The notes beneath the pieces were generated by a model, which ran no database searches, was not told the origin of the DNA, and saw only the letters and a list, made by a program, of their open reading frames with translations. A program made the position numbers and the translations under genes. A DNA stretch of 64,000 bases from Candidatus Bathyarchaeota archaeon (lineage in GTDB: Archaea > Thermoproteota > Bathyarchaeia > Bathyarchaeales > Bathycorpusculaceae), in contig CAWGZR010000012.1 in NCBI GenBank assembly GCA_963827165.1, positions 1 to 64,000 of the forward strand, written 5' to 3'. Shown in pieces: positions 51,716 to 62,450 of the stretch; the stretch's first letter is position 1; each line of letters starts with the position of its first letter.

Positions 51716-52506
51716 GAGCTAGGAATTTTCCTTTCGAAAGTCCACCTATCCGTCGCATATTTTTCTTTGCATAAGTGATTGGCAAGCTCCAATTCGTAAG
51801 CTGTGAGCTTGGCTGGCTCAAGCTGAATGTTCAAAATCGAGGCAAACCCATTAGCCAACGCATCAGCGACTGATTCTGGTGCAACGGCGTGACCTAACTC
51901 GTTTTCTACGCTTGTGATTTTGCTTTTGGCAATATCCGCGGCTTGTGAGCAACTGAAGTTTTTAAATTTCAGGATCATGAACATTCTTGGCAAATCAACG
52001 CTTTGTAACACAGTGCCATGCTGAAGTACGATTCCTCGAGTGATGGCTTGGCTACTGCCCGAGATTTTCTTGCCGCCCACCGTCATATTGGGACAGTTTT
52101 TCGCGTCCCCGGTGCTAAAATCCGCTGCTACGCCTAGGAGTCCGAGCGCGGCTTGAATTGCTTTGTAGATTTTGTCGTAAACGGTCGTGACGTCTGAAGT
52201 TCCCAGGTCGCTTGTTCTGGCAGTTACGCTGTAAGTAACTTCACCCGCGTAGTCATGGTAAACTGTTCCGCCGCCGCTAATGCGCCTGACAACACCAACT
52301 TCCAATTGCTTACAATTATCAAGGTAAACTTCATCTTCGGGGTTCTGGTTCTTTCCGACGCTGACCGCGGAAGGTTGCCAACGGTAAAAACGCAAAGTGT
52401 TCGGCACTTTATCAGCAATCCGAGCGGTTAAGACCGCTTCGTCGATTGCCATGTTCATGAATGCGTTATTGGTTTGGAGAGGTAATAAGCGCCAAGCATC
52501 CATCAT
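51679..52506 (-). CDS. Lipoate-protein ligase A / octanoyltransferase family protein
   Basis: NMAIDEA, LRFYRW, VRR.SGGGTVYHD, KKISGSSQ, LQHGT. Confidence 0.9.
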   Translation of the reverse strand: MMDAWRLLPLQTNNAFMNMAIDEAVLTARIADKVPNTLRFYRWQPSAVSVGKNQNPEDEVYLDNCKQLEVGVVRRISGGGTVYHDYAGEVTYSVTARTSDLGTSDVTTVYDKIYKAIQAALGLLGVAADFSTGDAKNCPNMTVGGKKISGSSQAITRGIVLQHGTVLQSVDLPRMFMILKFKNFSCSQAADIAKSKITSVENELGHAVAPESVADALANGFASILNIQLEPAKLTAYELELANHLCKEKYATDRWTFERKIPSSQPQDAANSPFK

Positions 52507-52645
52507 AATTCAACTCTCCAGATGAAAACTGTCGTTGGCTTAAAACTATTACGAAATAAGCGAAAGGAAAGCAAGCTAACACGTAGGCAGGTAGATAAAG
52601 CCTTAAAACCTGAACTGCATTTCTTAAGGAAAAGAGGCAAAAAAT

Positions 52646-53527
52646 ATGAAGGTTATCTGTGGTCCAGCATCAAAGGCGCTTGCTGAAGCTTTTTCAGCCG
52701 AAACGGGTTTTGGCTGCGTTCCTGTCGCTTTCAAGGTTTTTCCTGACGGTGAATCCTATGTCCGGTTGGAAGGCAGTGTACAGGGTGAAAACGTCGCGAT
52801 TGTTCAGACTACGTCTCCGCCGATGCAGGATGGGAAGCTTTTCCAGTTAGCGTTCATGGCGGACGCGGCAAAACGTGGAGGCGCAAAAAAAGTAACGGCA
52901 GTCGTTCCCTACTTAGCTTATGCTCGTCAGGACAAAACATTTCTCTTAGGCGAAGGCATAAGCATTGAAACCATCGCAAGAATGCTCAGAGCCGCGGGAA
53001 TTGACGAGTTAGTTACCGTTAACATCCATTCCGAACCGGCGCTCGCAAAGTTTCCGTTTCCAGCCAAAACCCTAAGCGCGGTACCGTTGCTTTCAGACTA
53101 TTTCGTGCAGAAGGGCCACAAGGGAGCGTTTGCCCTCTCTCCTGACAAAGGGGCCATGTACATTGCAGAGCAGGCGCAAAAGGTTTTAGGCGGCGGCGTG
53201 GGGCATTTGGATAAACGGCGTGACCGCTATACCGGACAAACAGTGCAGACTGCGGAGTGCTTAAACGTGAAAGGTGAAACAGTAATAATTTTCGATGACA
53301 TTATTAGCACAGGCGGTACCATCGTAGGCGCAGCAAAGATCCTTCGAGAACAAGGCGCTGAACACATTTTCTGCGGTTGCGTACACGGCTTATTAATAGG
53401 CGACGCTGAGAACCGAATTCTTGATGCAGGCGTCGAGGAAATCGTAGGTACCGACAGTGTACCCGGAAGCGTCAGCAAGGTTTCATTGGCGCCGCTTCTA
53501 AGCCAAGAACTTAAGGCGCAAAACTAG
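52646..53527 (+). CDS. prs: Ribose-phosphate pyrophosphokinase
   Basis: FPDGESYVR, PYLAYARQDK, SPDKGA, DDIISTGGT. Confidence 0.95.
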   Translation: MKVICGPASKALAEAFSAETGFGCVPVAFKVFPDGESYVRLEGSVQGENVAIVQTTSPPMQDGKLFQLAFMADAAKRGGAKKVTAVVPYLAYARQDKTFLLGEGISIETIARMLRAAGIDELVTVNIHSEPALAKFPFPAKTLSAVPLLSDYFVQKGHKGAFALSPDKGAMYIAEQAQKVLGGGVGHLDKRRDRYTGQTVQTAECLNVKGETVIIFDDIISTGGTIVGAAKILREQGAEHIFCGCVHGLLIGDAENRILDAGVEEIVGTDSVPGSVSKVSLAPLLSQELKAQN

Positions 53528-54600
53528 TGGCGAAACTTTTTTTTCTCCTTTCAGGGGAAAGCGAAACTCTGCCTGCTGCTGAGGTTAAAGCGATACTCGA
53601 AGCGGAAGGTTACGGCTACTCGAGTCCTCAGGTTTTGGATCAGACACTGCGTTTAGAAGCAGAGATTAGTTGTGTCAAAGCGGTGCAAGTGCGGGCTGCT
53701 TTCACGAGACTTTGTGCTCTGGAAGTTTTCATCTCAGCTGCCACAGAAACCACCGCATGCGAAGCTGCATGCAATGCCGATTTTGAAGCCATCCTTAAAC
53801 CTGGCGAAAGTTTCTCGGTACGGATTAACCGAATAAAAAACTACGCGGACCAAGACATCAACACGATGCGTCTGGAGGGAAAGCTTGGCAAAGTAATTCT
53901 TCAACGTGCTCCACAAGCCAAGGTCAATTTGAAGTGCCCGGACAAAACGTTCATCGGCATAGTAACCAACGAAAAAATTGTTTTTGGCTTAAAACTTACT
54001 GAAATCCAAAGCAGGACCTTCTCCGAACGCAGACCACGCAGAAAACCCTTCTTTCACCCATCCGCCATGCCGTCTAAACTCGCCCGCTGCATGGTAAATT
54101 TGGCGCACGGGAAAACGGACTCGCTCCTGCTCGACCCGTTTTGCGGTACAGGAACCTCCCTTATCGAAGCAACCTACATCGGCTGCAAAGCCGTCGGCGT
54201 AGATGCTCAGCGACGCATGATTCTTGGATGCAGAAAAAACCTACGCCACTTCAATATTTCCCCTGATGGCTTAATCTGGGCTGACGCACGCCATTTGCCT
54301 CTTTTCAAGGTTGATTGCGCGGTCACCGACCCGCCATATGGCCGCTCATCAAGCACTTTGAAATCAACGACCAAACAACTGGTTGAGGAGGTTTTAGCTG
54401 CTTCACACGACCTGCTTGGAGCAGGGCAACGGATTTGTATAGCCCTTCCCATAAGGATGAACGAACAAGGAAAAGTAAACCGTATGGCTGAAGATTTAGC
54501 CGACTACATCAACGGTCTTGGATACAAAACGATTGAGTCACATTTGGTCTTCATTCACAGATCACTGACACGAGAAATAATGGTTTATGAAAAAACATAA
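53527..54600 (+). CDS. tRNA (guanine-10-N2) methyltransferase with THUMP domain (Trm-G10/Trm11)
   Basis: KPFFHP..M...LAR.MVNL, DPFCGTG, TDPPYGR. Confidence 0.9.
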   Translation: MAKLFFLLSGESETLPAAEVKAILEAEGYGYSSPQVLDQTLRLEAEISCVKAVQVRAAFTRLCALEVFISAATETTACEAACNADFEAILKPGESFSVRINRIKNYADQDINTMRLEGKLGKVILQRAPQAKVNLKCPDKTFIGIVTNEKIVFGLKLTEIQSRTFSERRPRRKPFFHPSAMPSKLARCMVNLAHGKTDSLLLDPFCGTGTSLIEATYIGCKAVGVDAQRRMILGCRKNLRHFNISPDGLIWADARHLPLFKVDCAVTDPPYGRSSSTLKSTTKQLVEEVLAASHDLLGAGQRICIALPIRMNEQGKVNRMAEDLADYINGLGYKTIESHLVFIHRSLTREIMVYEKT

Positions 54601-54994
54601 ATCATAAGTTAAAACCGACGGTCTTTTCAGGCAGTCGAGAAAATGTTAAATTTTAAATTTTCAGATTTCAAGCAGTTAAGAAACTATCTTTTGAATCTCG
54701 CACGCGCCCTTTGAAGGGAACTATACCCGGCTAGGGCAATCCCGCAAGGGTGTCCCTATCTACTTTTTTCCCTTGACAAGCAGCATTTTTATTTTCGCTA
54801 GTGGTCAACTTATGCTGCGGTCAGTAGAAGAGTTATGACTGGCTATTTTCGTCTTTTGTTATGCTTTTTAGATGTGCCCATAGTGACCAATTTTCTCGAT
54901 TTAGGTAAATTCGTCGCCAGCTTTTTTCAAATGGTTAGTGAGGCGCAACATACATAACCAAAACCAACAATTGGGTTTTTGTGTACTGCAATCA

Positions 54995-55030
54995 AGGGGC
55001 CATAGGATTTGAACCTAGACCTCGGGGCAT
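54995..55030 (-). pseudogene. Degenerate 3' fragment of a tRNA gene (possible att site)
   Basis: Minus strand GAGGTC-TAGG-TTCAAAT-CCTA-TGGCCCC gives variable loop, T arm and acceptor 3' strand; no D arm or 5' acceptor strand visible upstream. Confidence 0.6.
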
Positions 55031-55251
55031 TATCGCCAGTTCTAACTTATTTCTATTCAGCCACTTTCCCTTTTTTGACTCAAAAAACAACAGGGCGTGT
55101 TTACTAGATAATAGTCATAAAATTTGGGGTTGTAACGCTATGTGGGTTGCTCTACATAGTCACAAGTAAACGCTTGGTTGTAGTTGCGCTTGTACAGTCA
55201 CACACATAGATTAAGGGCTTGTTTTCTTTTTTTCAGTGGAGAAAAACTCGT

Positions 55252-55689
55252 GAGTATGAATATGGGCGGGGGCACAACGAGCTTAGTTGTTCCTCCCTTT
55301 CTTAAACAAGAATCTTTAATTATGATATTTGTCGCTCTCGGATTAGGAATTGTCGGAATGGCATTTGCAAGAATCCAGAATAAAGGTTCTTTTCAAATGC
55401 ACCAATCGATTATTACGGGAGCAGTTGCATTAAACTTGATTGCGATTTTTGTGGTAATGATTCCTTCGCTTATCTTTTTTTACCTTAGCTCAAGTTTAAC
55501 CGACATTTCATTTTTCTCAACATTACAGCTGATTCACGGCTTAATTGGGCTTCCAACAGTCATTTTTTCGTTAATGTTTGCATTCAATTTCTTACCTATT
55601 CGTACTAAAAATGGATGATAATAACTGCCATTTTATGGTTAACAAGCCTATATTTAGGTGCAGTGGTGTACGCTACCATGCCAAACTAA
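55252..55689 (+). pseudogene. DUF420-like four-TM membrane protein with one apparent frameshift
   Basis: HQ..I..A...N, LIHG..G; last helix WMIITAILW..SLYLG continues in another frame after the A-run at ~55607-55611. Confidence 0.55.
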
Positions 55690-55791
55690 ACCTCCACAAC
55701 AACATTGACTATCAACCGAAATCTCACGTGAACCCCGGTTAAGCGCAGACTTCACAGGACCATAAGCCACAATAAATAAAAAATTAGAAAA

Positions 55792-58700
55792 TTGGTGAAA
55801 GACTTGAGTTTTGCTGCTCTAATTCCCATCTTGATAATGGAAGGATTGATGGCTCTCTTCGCCGCATGGGCTGTCAAGAAGGGCTCGAAAATCAAGGCTC
55901 CAAGGGAAGCTTGGATGCTGCTCTTCCTCCTTTCAATGATGGCTGAGATGGCTATTAGTATCGTAATTTACCTCTACTTTCCCGGAGCACTCTCCGAAAA
56001 TCTATTGTTAAACATGTTTGTGATGATGGTCACAGTCTTCGCTTTTGCTATCTTGTATGTATTTGATGAACCCAAGACCATGGATGAAACTATATCCGGC
56101 ATTGTGCAGGTAAGATCCGTAATAATCGCGTTGATCGTCGCCTTGGTCCTCTTGTCTGAGGTATTCATGGCCTGGACCCTTGCACTCCTCGGGGGAACTG
56201 CAGCCACGGCTGGAAGCCTCCAAGAAATTTTCATTACAATAACTAACTCTTCAAGTTCTTACTTGTTCATCTTCATGAACTCGGCCGAAATGGCAATAAC
56301 ACTTTTTTTCATCAGAAAAAGACTGCCGAAGGAACTTAGCTGGCTCATTGCGTCTCAAGTTATCATAATGATCCTTTCTCCGACCGCGATTATCAACTCC
56401 GCTTGGGCGAGCCTCTCCCTGGCTGCCGGCAGCGCCATCATGACTTTTCTATTCATATACATCTTCAAGTTCCTGTATGGTAGCAAGACCTTGAGCAAAG
56501 GTATCCTGAACTATCTGCTCTTTCTTATGTTGGCCTATGCCATGATGATGGCAGGTCAGTTTATCTGGCTTCTTAACGGCGATGCCGCAGTTTTTGTGTT
56601 ATCCATAATAGTTGAGATGGTTGTGTACTTCGGAATAGTATTAGACGAGAAGAAGCTTATTTCTTCGAAGTTGGTAAACTGGCAAGCGATGCCGTATTGG
56701 GTCTTTGGCTTCCTCTTGCTTGTATTTGTGGTTGAGTTCTTTATGAGTGGGGTCATGGCCATCGAGGTGTACGGCCAGGGCTTTTTCAATGGAATAATAT
56801 CTGCTTCAACGACGTGGCCCCTTACACGAATATTGAGCGCGGGCTTTTACGTAGGAACGATGACTGTCTTCACGGCTTGGCTCATCAAAAAAGGCTCTGA
56901 GATCAAGACCTTAATTGACGCTGGCATTGTGCTCTTCCTCCTCTCGATGATTGCTACGACATTCATCAGTACAGTCGTCTACCTCTACGTTCAAGCGTCA
57001 TTTACACTCCTTGATCTGGTGGCCATTAACCTGGCGGTAGCAGGCATCACAACAGCTGCCATTCTTTTTGCAATACGCAAGGGAAACGATAGTCTCCTAC
57101 AGCTTAAGGTGAGCAACATCAGGCTCATTTTGTTTGTGTCAATCGTTGCCTTGGTTATCATTTCTGAGGTGTTTATGGGCTGGACCTTTGCGCTGCTTGG
57201 CGGTACAGTATCGATTTCTAGCGGTCTCCAATGGGTCTATTCAGCTCTTATACACGCTACGAGCTCTTTTTGGTTCATCTTCATGATGTCCGCCGAAATG
57301 GGAATAACACTTTTCCTAATAAGAGGCAGGCTGCCAAAGCCAGCCGTCTTGATTATGGCATCTCAAACCATAATAATGATTCTATCTCCCACAGCGATTG
57401 GCAACTCTCTTTGGACCAGCATCTCCCTGATTGCGGGCAGCTCCGTCATGATTTTTCTTTTCATTTACGTCTTTGAATTCCTTTATAAGAATCGGACCAT
57501 CAGCTCAGGCATACTGAACTATCTTCTCTTTCTCATGCTGGCCTACGCGTTGATGATGGCGGGCCAGTTCATCTGGCTTCTCACGGGAGACGCCACAGTC
57601 TTCGTACTCTCTATAATAGCTGAAATGATAGTGTACTTCGGAATCGTATTGGACGAAAGAAGACTTGTTTCATCCAAACCCGCAAGTTGGCAAGCAAAAC
57701 CGTATTGGATCTTCGGTTTCCTGGGGCTCCTTTTCGTGGCGGAGTTCTTCATGGGCGGAGTCTTGGACATCCAAGTGTATGGCACAGGCTTTTTCAATAT
57801 GATGATGTTTGCCCCCACTGCAGGGTCATTCATGAATGTTATAAGTGCGGGCTTTTTCAATTTCATAATGTTCTTCACCAGAATCACCATGTCTCCGTGG
57901 TACCTGATAATGATGGGCATAGAGATGGGCGCGCTTGTAGCCTTTAGAATCAAGTATGTACGGGAGATTGAAACTAAGGTAAGGCTCATGCTTTTGATTC
58001 TCGCTTACGCCGTATACAGTATACTCCTGCCCGTCTTCCTAATTCCCGCCCAACTTCTCGGCAAAATCCCCTGGCTAGGCTGGAGTATGGGCATAGGAAG
58101 CTCAGGCGCTATAGCTCCCGCAGTTTTAATTGCGTTGCTCGGCGCATTTCTGATCAGTGGCATTCTTTCCTTTCTTTTCGGTAGCAGGCAACTATGCTCT
58201 GTAACGTGCATGGCTCCCCTCATGTACCAAGGGACAACTATAGATGCCATGAACTCATGCAGTGGAACTTCCAAGCTTGCATGCAAGCTGCACACAAACA
58301 AAATATCATCCGCCTATAAGGTCGTCGTATCGGCGGTGTGGATCTCGCTTCTGGCTGCAGCTTTACTATCCTACTTGGCGTCTGTAGGAATTTCAGGAAT
58401 CTCTGTCTTCGGCATGGATCCAGCCTTCTTCCTGTTCATGTTTTACTTCGGCTTTCTCTGGTACGTTATTTGGATGATGATCCCCTTTGTCGGCACGTAC
58501 GGCTGCGTCTCAACTGGCATGTGTGGCTGGGGAGCTTTCAACCAGCTCATCTCCCGAGCTGGGTTGTTTAGGCTAAAGGTGAAGGACAAGGCGCTTTGCC
58601 GCAGCTGTACGACAAAGGACTGCTCGAAGGGCTGTCCCCTAGGTCTCACAGGTCAGCCGGCGGCGTTCGCTGCGAAGGGCGAGTTCAGAAACTACAAATG

Positions 58701-60003
58701 CATCGGCGACGGGAACTGCGTTTCGGCCTGCCCACACAGAAATATATCCTTCTACGATGTAAGACATTGGTTAAGGGAGCACGCACGTAAACCCATGACC
58801 ACAGGCTCAATCAGCTTTTTGAAGCTCTTATCAAGGAACATTAGAAGACGACCCTTCAGGAACATGGCAACAATACTATGTTTTGCCTTCATTGCAGCCA
58901 GCATACTATCCGCGGGATACCTAATCAGCGGAACCACCAACAGCCTTAACGTTGGAATATCACGAATGGGTGCTGACATAATGGTAGTTCCAGCAAATTC
59001 TTCCGCTGCAGGAGAATCTTTGCTCCTAAATGGACAGCCAACAACATTCTTCTTTAACAACAACCCAGTCCCAGAAATAATGAGAGACCCTGGAGTGGCC
59101 GCCGTCTCCCCCCAATTATACATTGCAACCCTCGGAGCCTCCTGCTGCTCTTACCCCATTCAATTAATAGGATTCAATTCCAGTCAAGACTTCACTATTA
59201 CGCCTTGGTTACAAACAAAACTTGTCGGAACCTTGAAGCAAAATGAAATCATTGTTGGAAGCGCCATTATAGGGAATGTAGGTTCCCAACTCGAATTTTA
59301 TGGCCAAAATTTCACCATTGCAGGAAAGCTGTCGCCCACAGGAATGGGGTTAGACGAGACGGTCTTCATGCGTATGCAAGATGCCTACGCTATGGCCGCT
59401 GAATCAAACACAACAGCGGTAGAACCTCTCAATATTCAATCTGGGCAGATCTCGGCAGTTTTAGTACGTGTGGCACCCGGTAACAGTATAGCAGGAGTGG
59501 CAGCTGTTCTCGGATCTACTATTTCAGGAGTTCAAGTTATTCAGTCGAGCGGGCTGGTAAACACCGTGGCGAACCAAATATCCGCCACTACCCAACTTCT
59601 GTATTTTGCTGCGGCTTCGGTCACTTTGGTTTCTCTTCCGCTGATTGCTCTTGTTTCTTCAATGGTGATTAACGAGCGAAAGAGAGAGATAGGTATTCTC
59701 AGGGCAACGGGTGCCACCAAACGATTCATTCTTAAACTTTTCTTCTCGGAAGCGATTGCTCTCGCCCTAATCGGCGGAATACTGGGTGTTTTTTCCTCTT
59801 TCATCATGATTTACAGCTTTCAGCATTTTATAGCACTTCAACTTCAAATACCCTTTCTCTGGCCGTCTATTGGTCAAACTCTTGCCGAAGCCGGATTGGT
59901 CCTGGTTCTTGTAGTCGGTGCCGGAGCCGCTGCATCTCTATATCCAGCGATAAAAAACAGTCGGTTAGAACCGTACAACGCGATAAGGAGCGGAGAATCT
60001 TGA
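55792..60003 (+). CDS. Fusion: duplicated polytopic membrane domain + NapH/CcoG-like 4Fe-4S domain + MacB/FtsX-type ABC permease
   Basis: CSVTC, CRSC...CSKGCP, CIGDGNCVSACP; then RNIRRRPFR, ERKREIGILRATGA, LYPA...RLEP..AIR. Confidence 0.8.
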   Translation: MVKDLSFAALIPILIMEGLMALFAAWAVKKGSKIKAPREAWMLLFLLSMMAEMAISIVIYLYFPGALSENLLLNMFVMMVTVFAFAILYVFDEPKTMDETISGIVQVRSVIIALIVALVLLSEVFMAWTLALLGGTAATAGSLQEIFITITNSSSSYLFIFMNSAEMAITLFFIRKRLPKELSWLIASQVIIMILSPTAIINSAWASLSLAAGSAIMTFLFIYIFKFLYGSKTLSKGILNYLLFLMLAYAMMMAGQFIWLLNGDAAVFVLSIIVEMVVYFGIVLDEKKLISSKLVNWQAMPYWVFGFLLLVFVVEFFMSGVMAIEVYGQGFFNGIISASTTWPLTRILSAGFYVGTMTVFTAWLIKKGSEIKTLIDAGIVLFLLSMIATTFISTVVYLYVQASFTLLDLVAINLAVAGITTAAILFAIRKGNDSLLQLKVSNIRLILFVSIVALVIISEVFMGWTFALLGGTVSISSGLQWVYSALIHATSSFWFIFMMSAEMGITLFLIRGRLPKPAVLIMASQTIIMILSPTAIGNSLWTSISLIAGSSVMIFLFIYVFEFLYKNRTISSGILNYLLFLMLAYALMMAGQFIWLLTGDATVFVLSIIAEMIVYFGIVLDERRLVSSKPASWQAKPYWIFGFLGLLFVAEFFMGGVLDIQVYGTGFFNMMMFAPTAGSFMNVISAGFFNFIMFFTRITMSPWYLIMMGIEMGALVAFRIKYVREIETKVRLMLLILAYAVYSILLPVFLIPAQLLGKIPWLGWSMGIGSSGAIAPAVLIALLGAFLISGILSFLFGSRQLCSVTCMAPLMYQGTTIDAMNSCSGTSKLACKLHTNKISSAYKVVVSAVWISLLAAALLSYLASVGISGISVFGMDPAFFLFMFYFGFLWYVIWMMIPFVGTYGCVSTGMCGWGAFNQLISRAGLFRLKVKDKALCRSCTTKDCSKGCPLGLTGQPAAFAAKGEFRNYKCIGDGNCVSACPHRNISFYDVRHWLREHARKPMTTGSISFLKLLSRNIRRRPFRNMATILCFAFIAASILSAGYLISGTTNSLNVGISRMGADIMVVPANSSAAGESLLLNGQPTTFFFNNNPVPEIMRDPGVAAVSPQLYIATLGASCCSYPIQLIGFNSSQDFTITPWLQTKLVGTLKQNEIIVGSAIIGNVGSQLEFYGQNFTIAGKLSPTGMGLDETVFMRMQDAYAMAAESNTTAVEPLNIQSGQISAVLVRVAPGNSIAGVAAVLGSTISGVQVIQSSGLVNTVANQISATTQLLYFAAASVTLVSLPLIALVSSMVINERKREIGILRATGATKRFILKLFFSEAIALALIGGILGVFSSFIMIYSFQHFIALQLQIPFLWPSIGQTLAEAGLVLVLVVGAGAAASLYPAIKNSRLEPYNAIRSGES
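55849..57830 (+). repeat. Intragenic tandem duplication of ~1 kb (units start at ~55849 and ~56860)
   Basis: GILNYLLFLMLAYA.MMAGQFIWLL.GDA.VFVLSII.EM.VYFGIVLDE and SEVFM.WT.ALLGGT each occur twice. Confidence 0.9.
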
Positions 60004-60743
60004 TTGTCGTCTCTGAACTTTCAAAAGCTTACAGGAAAGATATTGAGCCAGTTGAAACCAAAAGCTCTGACGGCAGCTCTTACATGCGCACCGTCGACTA
60101 TTTTAGAGCGGTTCAGAATGCCACTTTTTCTGTTTCAAAAGGAGAGTTTGTATTAATTTTAGGCCGCTCTGGAAGCGGAAAAAGTACATTGCTCAGCATG
60201 TTGGGAGGCCTCACCGCTCCCACCGAGGGTGTCGTCAGGTTGAATGACAAAAATCTATGGTCTATGTCTGATGAAGCTTTGTCTCATCTTCGAGCAGAAT
60301 ACATAGGTTTTGTTTTTCAGTTCTCAGGCTTGTTACCGACATTAAATGTTTTGGAAAACGTGATGTTGCCTTCCCTATTCGTTAAAGCGAAAGAAGACCC
60401 AATAAAGCGCGCTCGTAAACTCCTTTTAGATGTTGGACTTGATTCGAAGATCCAGTCGTTTCCTTCTGAGCTTTCTGGGGGCGAGCTCAAAAGGGCTGCA
60501 ATAGCTAGAGCTTTGATCAATGATCCTTTGCTCATCTTGGCGGATGAGCCGACGGGGGATTTGGACGTGGACACTGAAAGGGAAATTATGGAGCTTTTCA
60601 AAGAGATTAATCGGCAGGGAAAAACTATTCTTATGGTTACTCACAACCCGGAACTTTCAAGTTACAGCAGCAGAGTTATTAGAATGGAAAAGGGAAAAAT
60701 AAGTGAGCCACTATTCCATCTGTCCTCAGAAGAAACTGTGTGA
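60000..60743 (+). CDS. LolD/MacB-type ABC ATPase
   Basis: GRSGSGKST, IGFVFQ, LSGGE, ILADEPTGDLD, VTHN. Confidence 0.93.
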   Translation: MIVVSELSKAYRKDIEPVETKSSDGSSYMRTVDYFRAVQNATFSVSKGEFVLILGRSGSGKSTLLSMLGGLTAPTEGVVRLNDKNLWSMSDEALSHLRAEYIGFVFQFSGLLPTLNVLENVMLPSLFVKAKEDPIKRARKLLLDVGLDSKIQSFPSELSGGELKRAAIARALINDPLLILADEPTGDLDVDTEREIMELFKEINRQGKTILMVTHNPELSSYSSRVIRMEKGKISEPLFHLSSEETV

Positions 60744-61037
60744 TATTCGGCCCTTGATGACTTAACATGTTGGTTTATCCCTAAATTGTTTGTTGAAGTA
60801 TGTTTGGGAACGTGCTAGCTCGAAAAGAGTTACGATCGCCTTATTCAGCTTGAATTTTTTTGAGCCTTTTTATTTGCGTGCAACACTGAAAAATGCGGTA
60901 AATATGCAAAGGAAACTTTTGGATATTGTAAATGAAAAACAAATATCGCTGTTGTGAAGACTGGGAACTGAAAACAGTATCTACAGTTACGTGTGCGTAT
61001 TTCTTGGTGCGTTAAAGGTATGTTTAGTTCATCCTTT

Positions 61038-61247
61038 TTATCGCGGGGTCTTTGACGGCTTAGCAAAGTAAACAGCAATTATGCCCAAAATGAATGCGAC
61101 CGCGCCGAGAACTATTAACCCCGATTCGTTAGGCTTATACATCATCAACCAACTCATTAGGGTTTGGGCGCCTAGCCCAATGCCAATGATGATTCCACCT
61201 GCCAACGAAAGGATGCATCCAACATATATTAACCATAATTTTGTCAT
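61038..61247 (-). CDS. Small two-TM membrane protein
   Basis: 69 aa, two hydrophobic helices, basic tail. Confidence 0.5.
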   Translation of the reverse strand: MTKLWLIYVGCILSLAGGIIIGIGLGAQTLMSWLMMYKPNESGLIVLGAVAFILGIIAVYFAKPSKTPR

Positions 61248-61419
61248 AATTAGCTCACAAAATTATCTTTTGGGGCTGTCTAGTACATAAGGTTTGCCAA
61301 ATCCGCGTGCAGGCTTGTCCCGAAATTACTAATGTTTGTTTTGAGAAGAGGGTCTCACAAGCTTCACAAGAAGCCTTGCACGTTGTAAATGTAACATCAC
61401 TTTTATAAATTCTAAGTGT

Positions 61420-61932
61420 CTATCCTGGCAAAACGGTTACGAATCCGCCCATATATCCAATCTGACCAGGTTGACCATCGCTGCCAGTCATCATCGCCCA
61501 ACCACCCGCATCCGTGTCGCATGGAAAAGTGCACCACCAACGGTAAACACCTGCCGTTGCCTCGTTAAACTGGAAATTAGACACCGTCGGAACCCCAGTT
61601 TCGTTGCTTGGCAGAACCACAAAGTTCACCCCCAAGGTTGGGCTAGTAAAGCTATGCTCTCCGTCGTCATAGTTTATAACCGTTAAATTGACTTCTTGAT
61701 CTGTATAAACGGTGAAGTTGCATGGAGTAAAAGCGTCGTGCATTAAGCCGTCGGGACCGAGTTTCACGTCACCTTGAACTACCAACGTTATATCTGCTGT
61801 TTTTGGTGTACTGGAAGCTGTGGCTGTTGCAGGTTTTATATCGTAGCCAATTATCAACCCGAGCACAACGGCAGCCATGACTACGACAACGAAAGCAAGC
61901 CAAACTATTTTCGACAAATCACCATTGCTCAA
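61420..61932 (-). CDS. Membrane-anchored cupredoxin-domain protein with atypical ligand loop
   Basis: N-terminal TM; VNLTVINYD...HSF; GVYRWWCTFPCD...WAMM...GYMGG.V.V. Confidence 0.75.
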   Translation of the reverse strand: MSNGDLSKIVWLAFVVVVMAAVVLGLIIGYDIKPATATASSTPKTADITLVVQGDVKLGPDGLMHDAFTPCNFTVYTDQEVNLTVINYDDGEHSFTSPTLGVNFVVLPSNETGVPTVSNFQFNEATAGVYRWWCTFPCDTDAGGWAMMTGSDGQPGQIGYMGGFVTVLPG

Positions 61933-62450
61933 GGGTAATCATCATAAAAGTTGTTTAGCGTTTATCTAAAAAGATTGTGGTTTTTACCATCTTTATTCTT
62001 CTTTTTAGCGTACTGCATTGTCCAAATATTACGTGTTAATGACGTTAGCTATGATGAAAAAGGACGTTGATTTCGACAAAGAATTCAGAAAGGATCTCAT
62101 TGATAAAATCAATTCTTCTCTTATTAAACTAACAGCTTTTATAGGGTGAAGTATCAACCAGCAACCAGGTAACAGTGATTTCTGAGGACGGATAGCTCGA
62201 TGGGGACAATCCAGAATGTCTATTTATCGATACAGACTCTTGGGTTCCGAAACGGTTTCTTGAATCTCTTTATCGATCTCTTCCAAAATATTTATCAGCT
62301 TATTAGTTAAGTCGTTGCATCTTTGAGGTTTCCTTTTCTGAAACTGGGCAAACATTACCTTAAGCGCATAAATTTGTTGTAATTAGCTTTTTGGCTGCTA
62401 TCGCCATCAATCAGCAAGAGCAGGGATTTTTTTCTTAACTCTATTTGCAT

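Noticed and set aside
54707-54772. Hairpin TAGGGCAATCCCGCAAGGGTGTCCCTA reminiscent of an archaeal SECIS
   Set aside because: Lacks the GAA/A bulge and no in-frame UGA gene is nearby; with the T-run after it, a terminator-like hairpin is more likely
54995-55070. Intact tRNA gene
   Set aside because: Only the T arm and 3' acceptor strand are present; reported as a fragment
62040-62450. Short ORF fragments downstream of the element-like genes
   Set aside because: Under 45 codons with stops in all frames; maybe a decayed gene but unidentifiable
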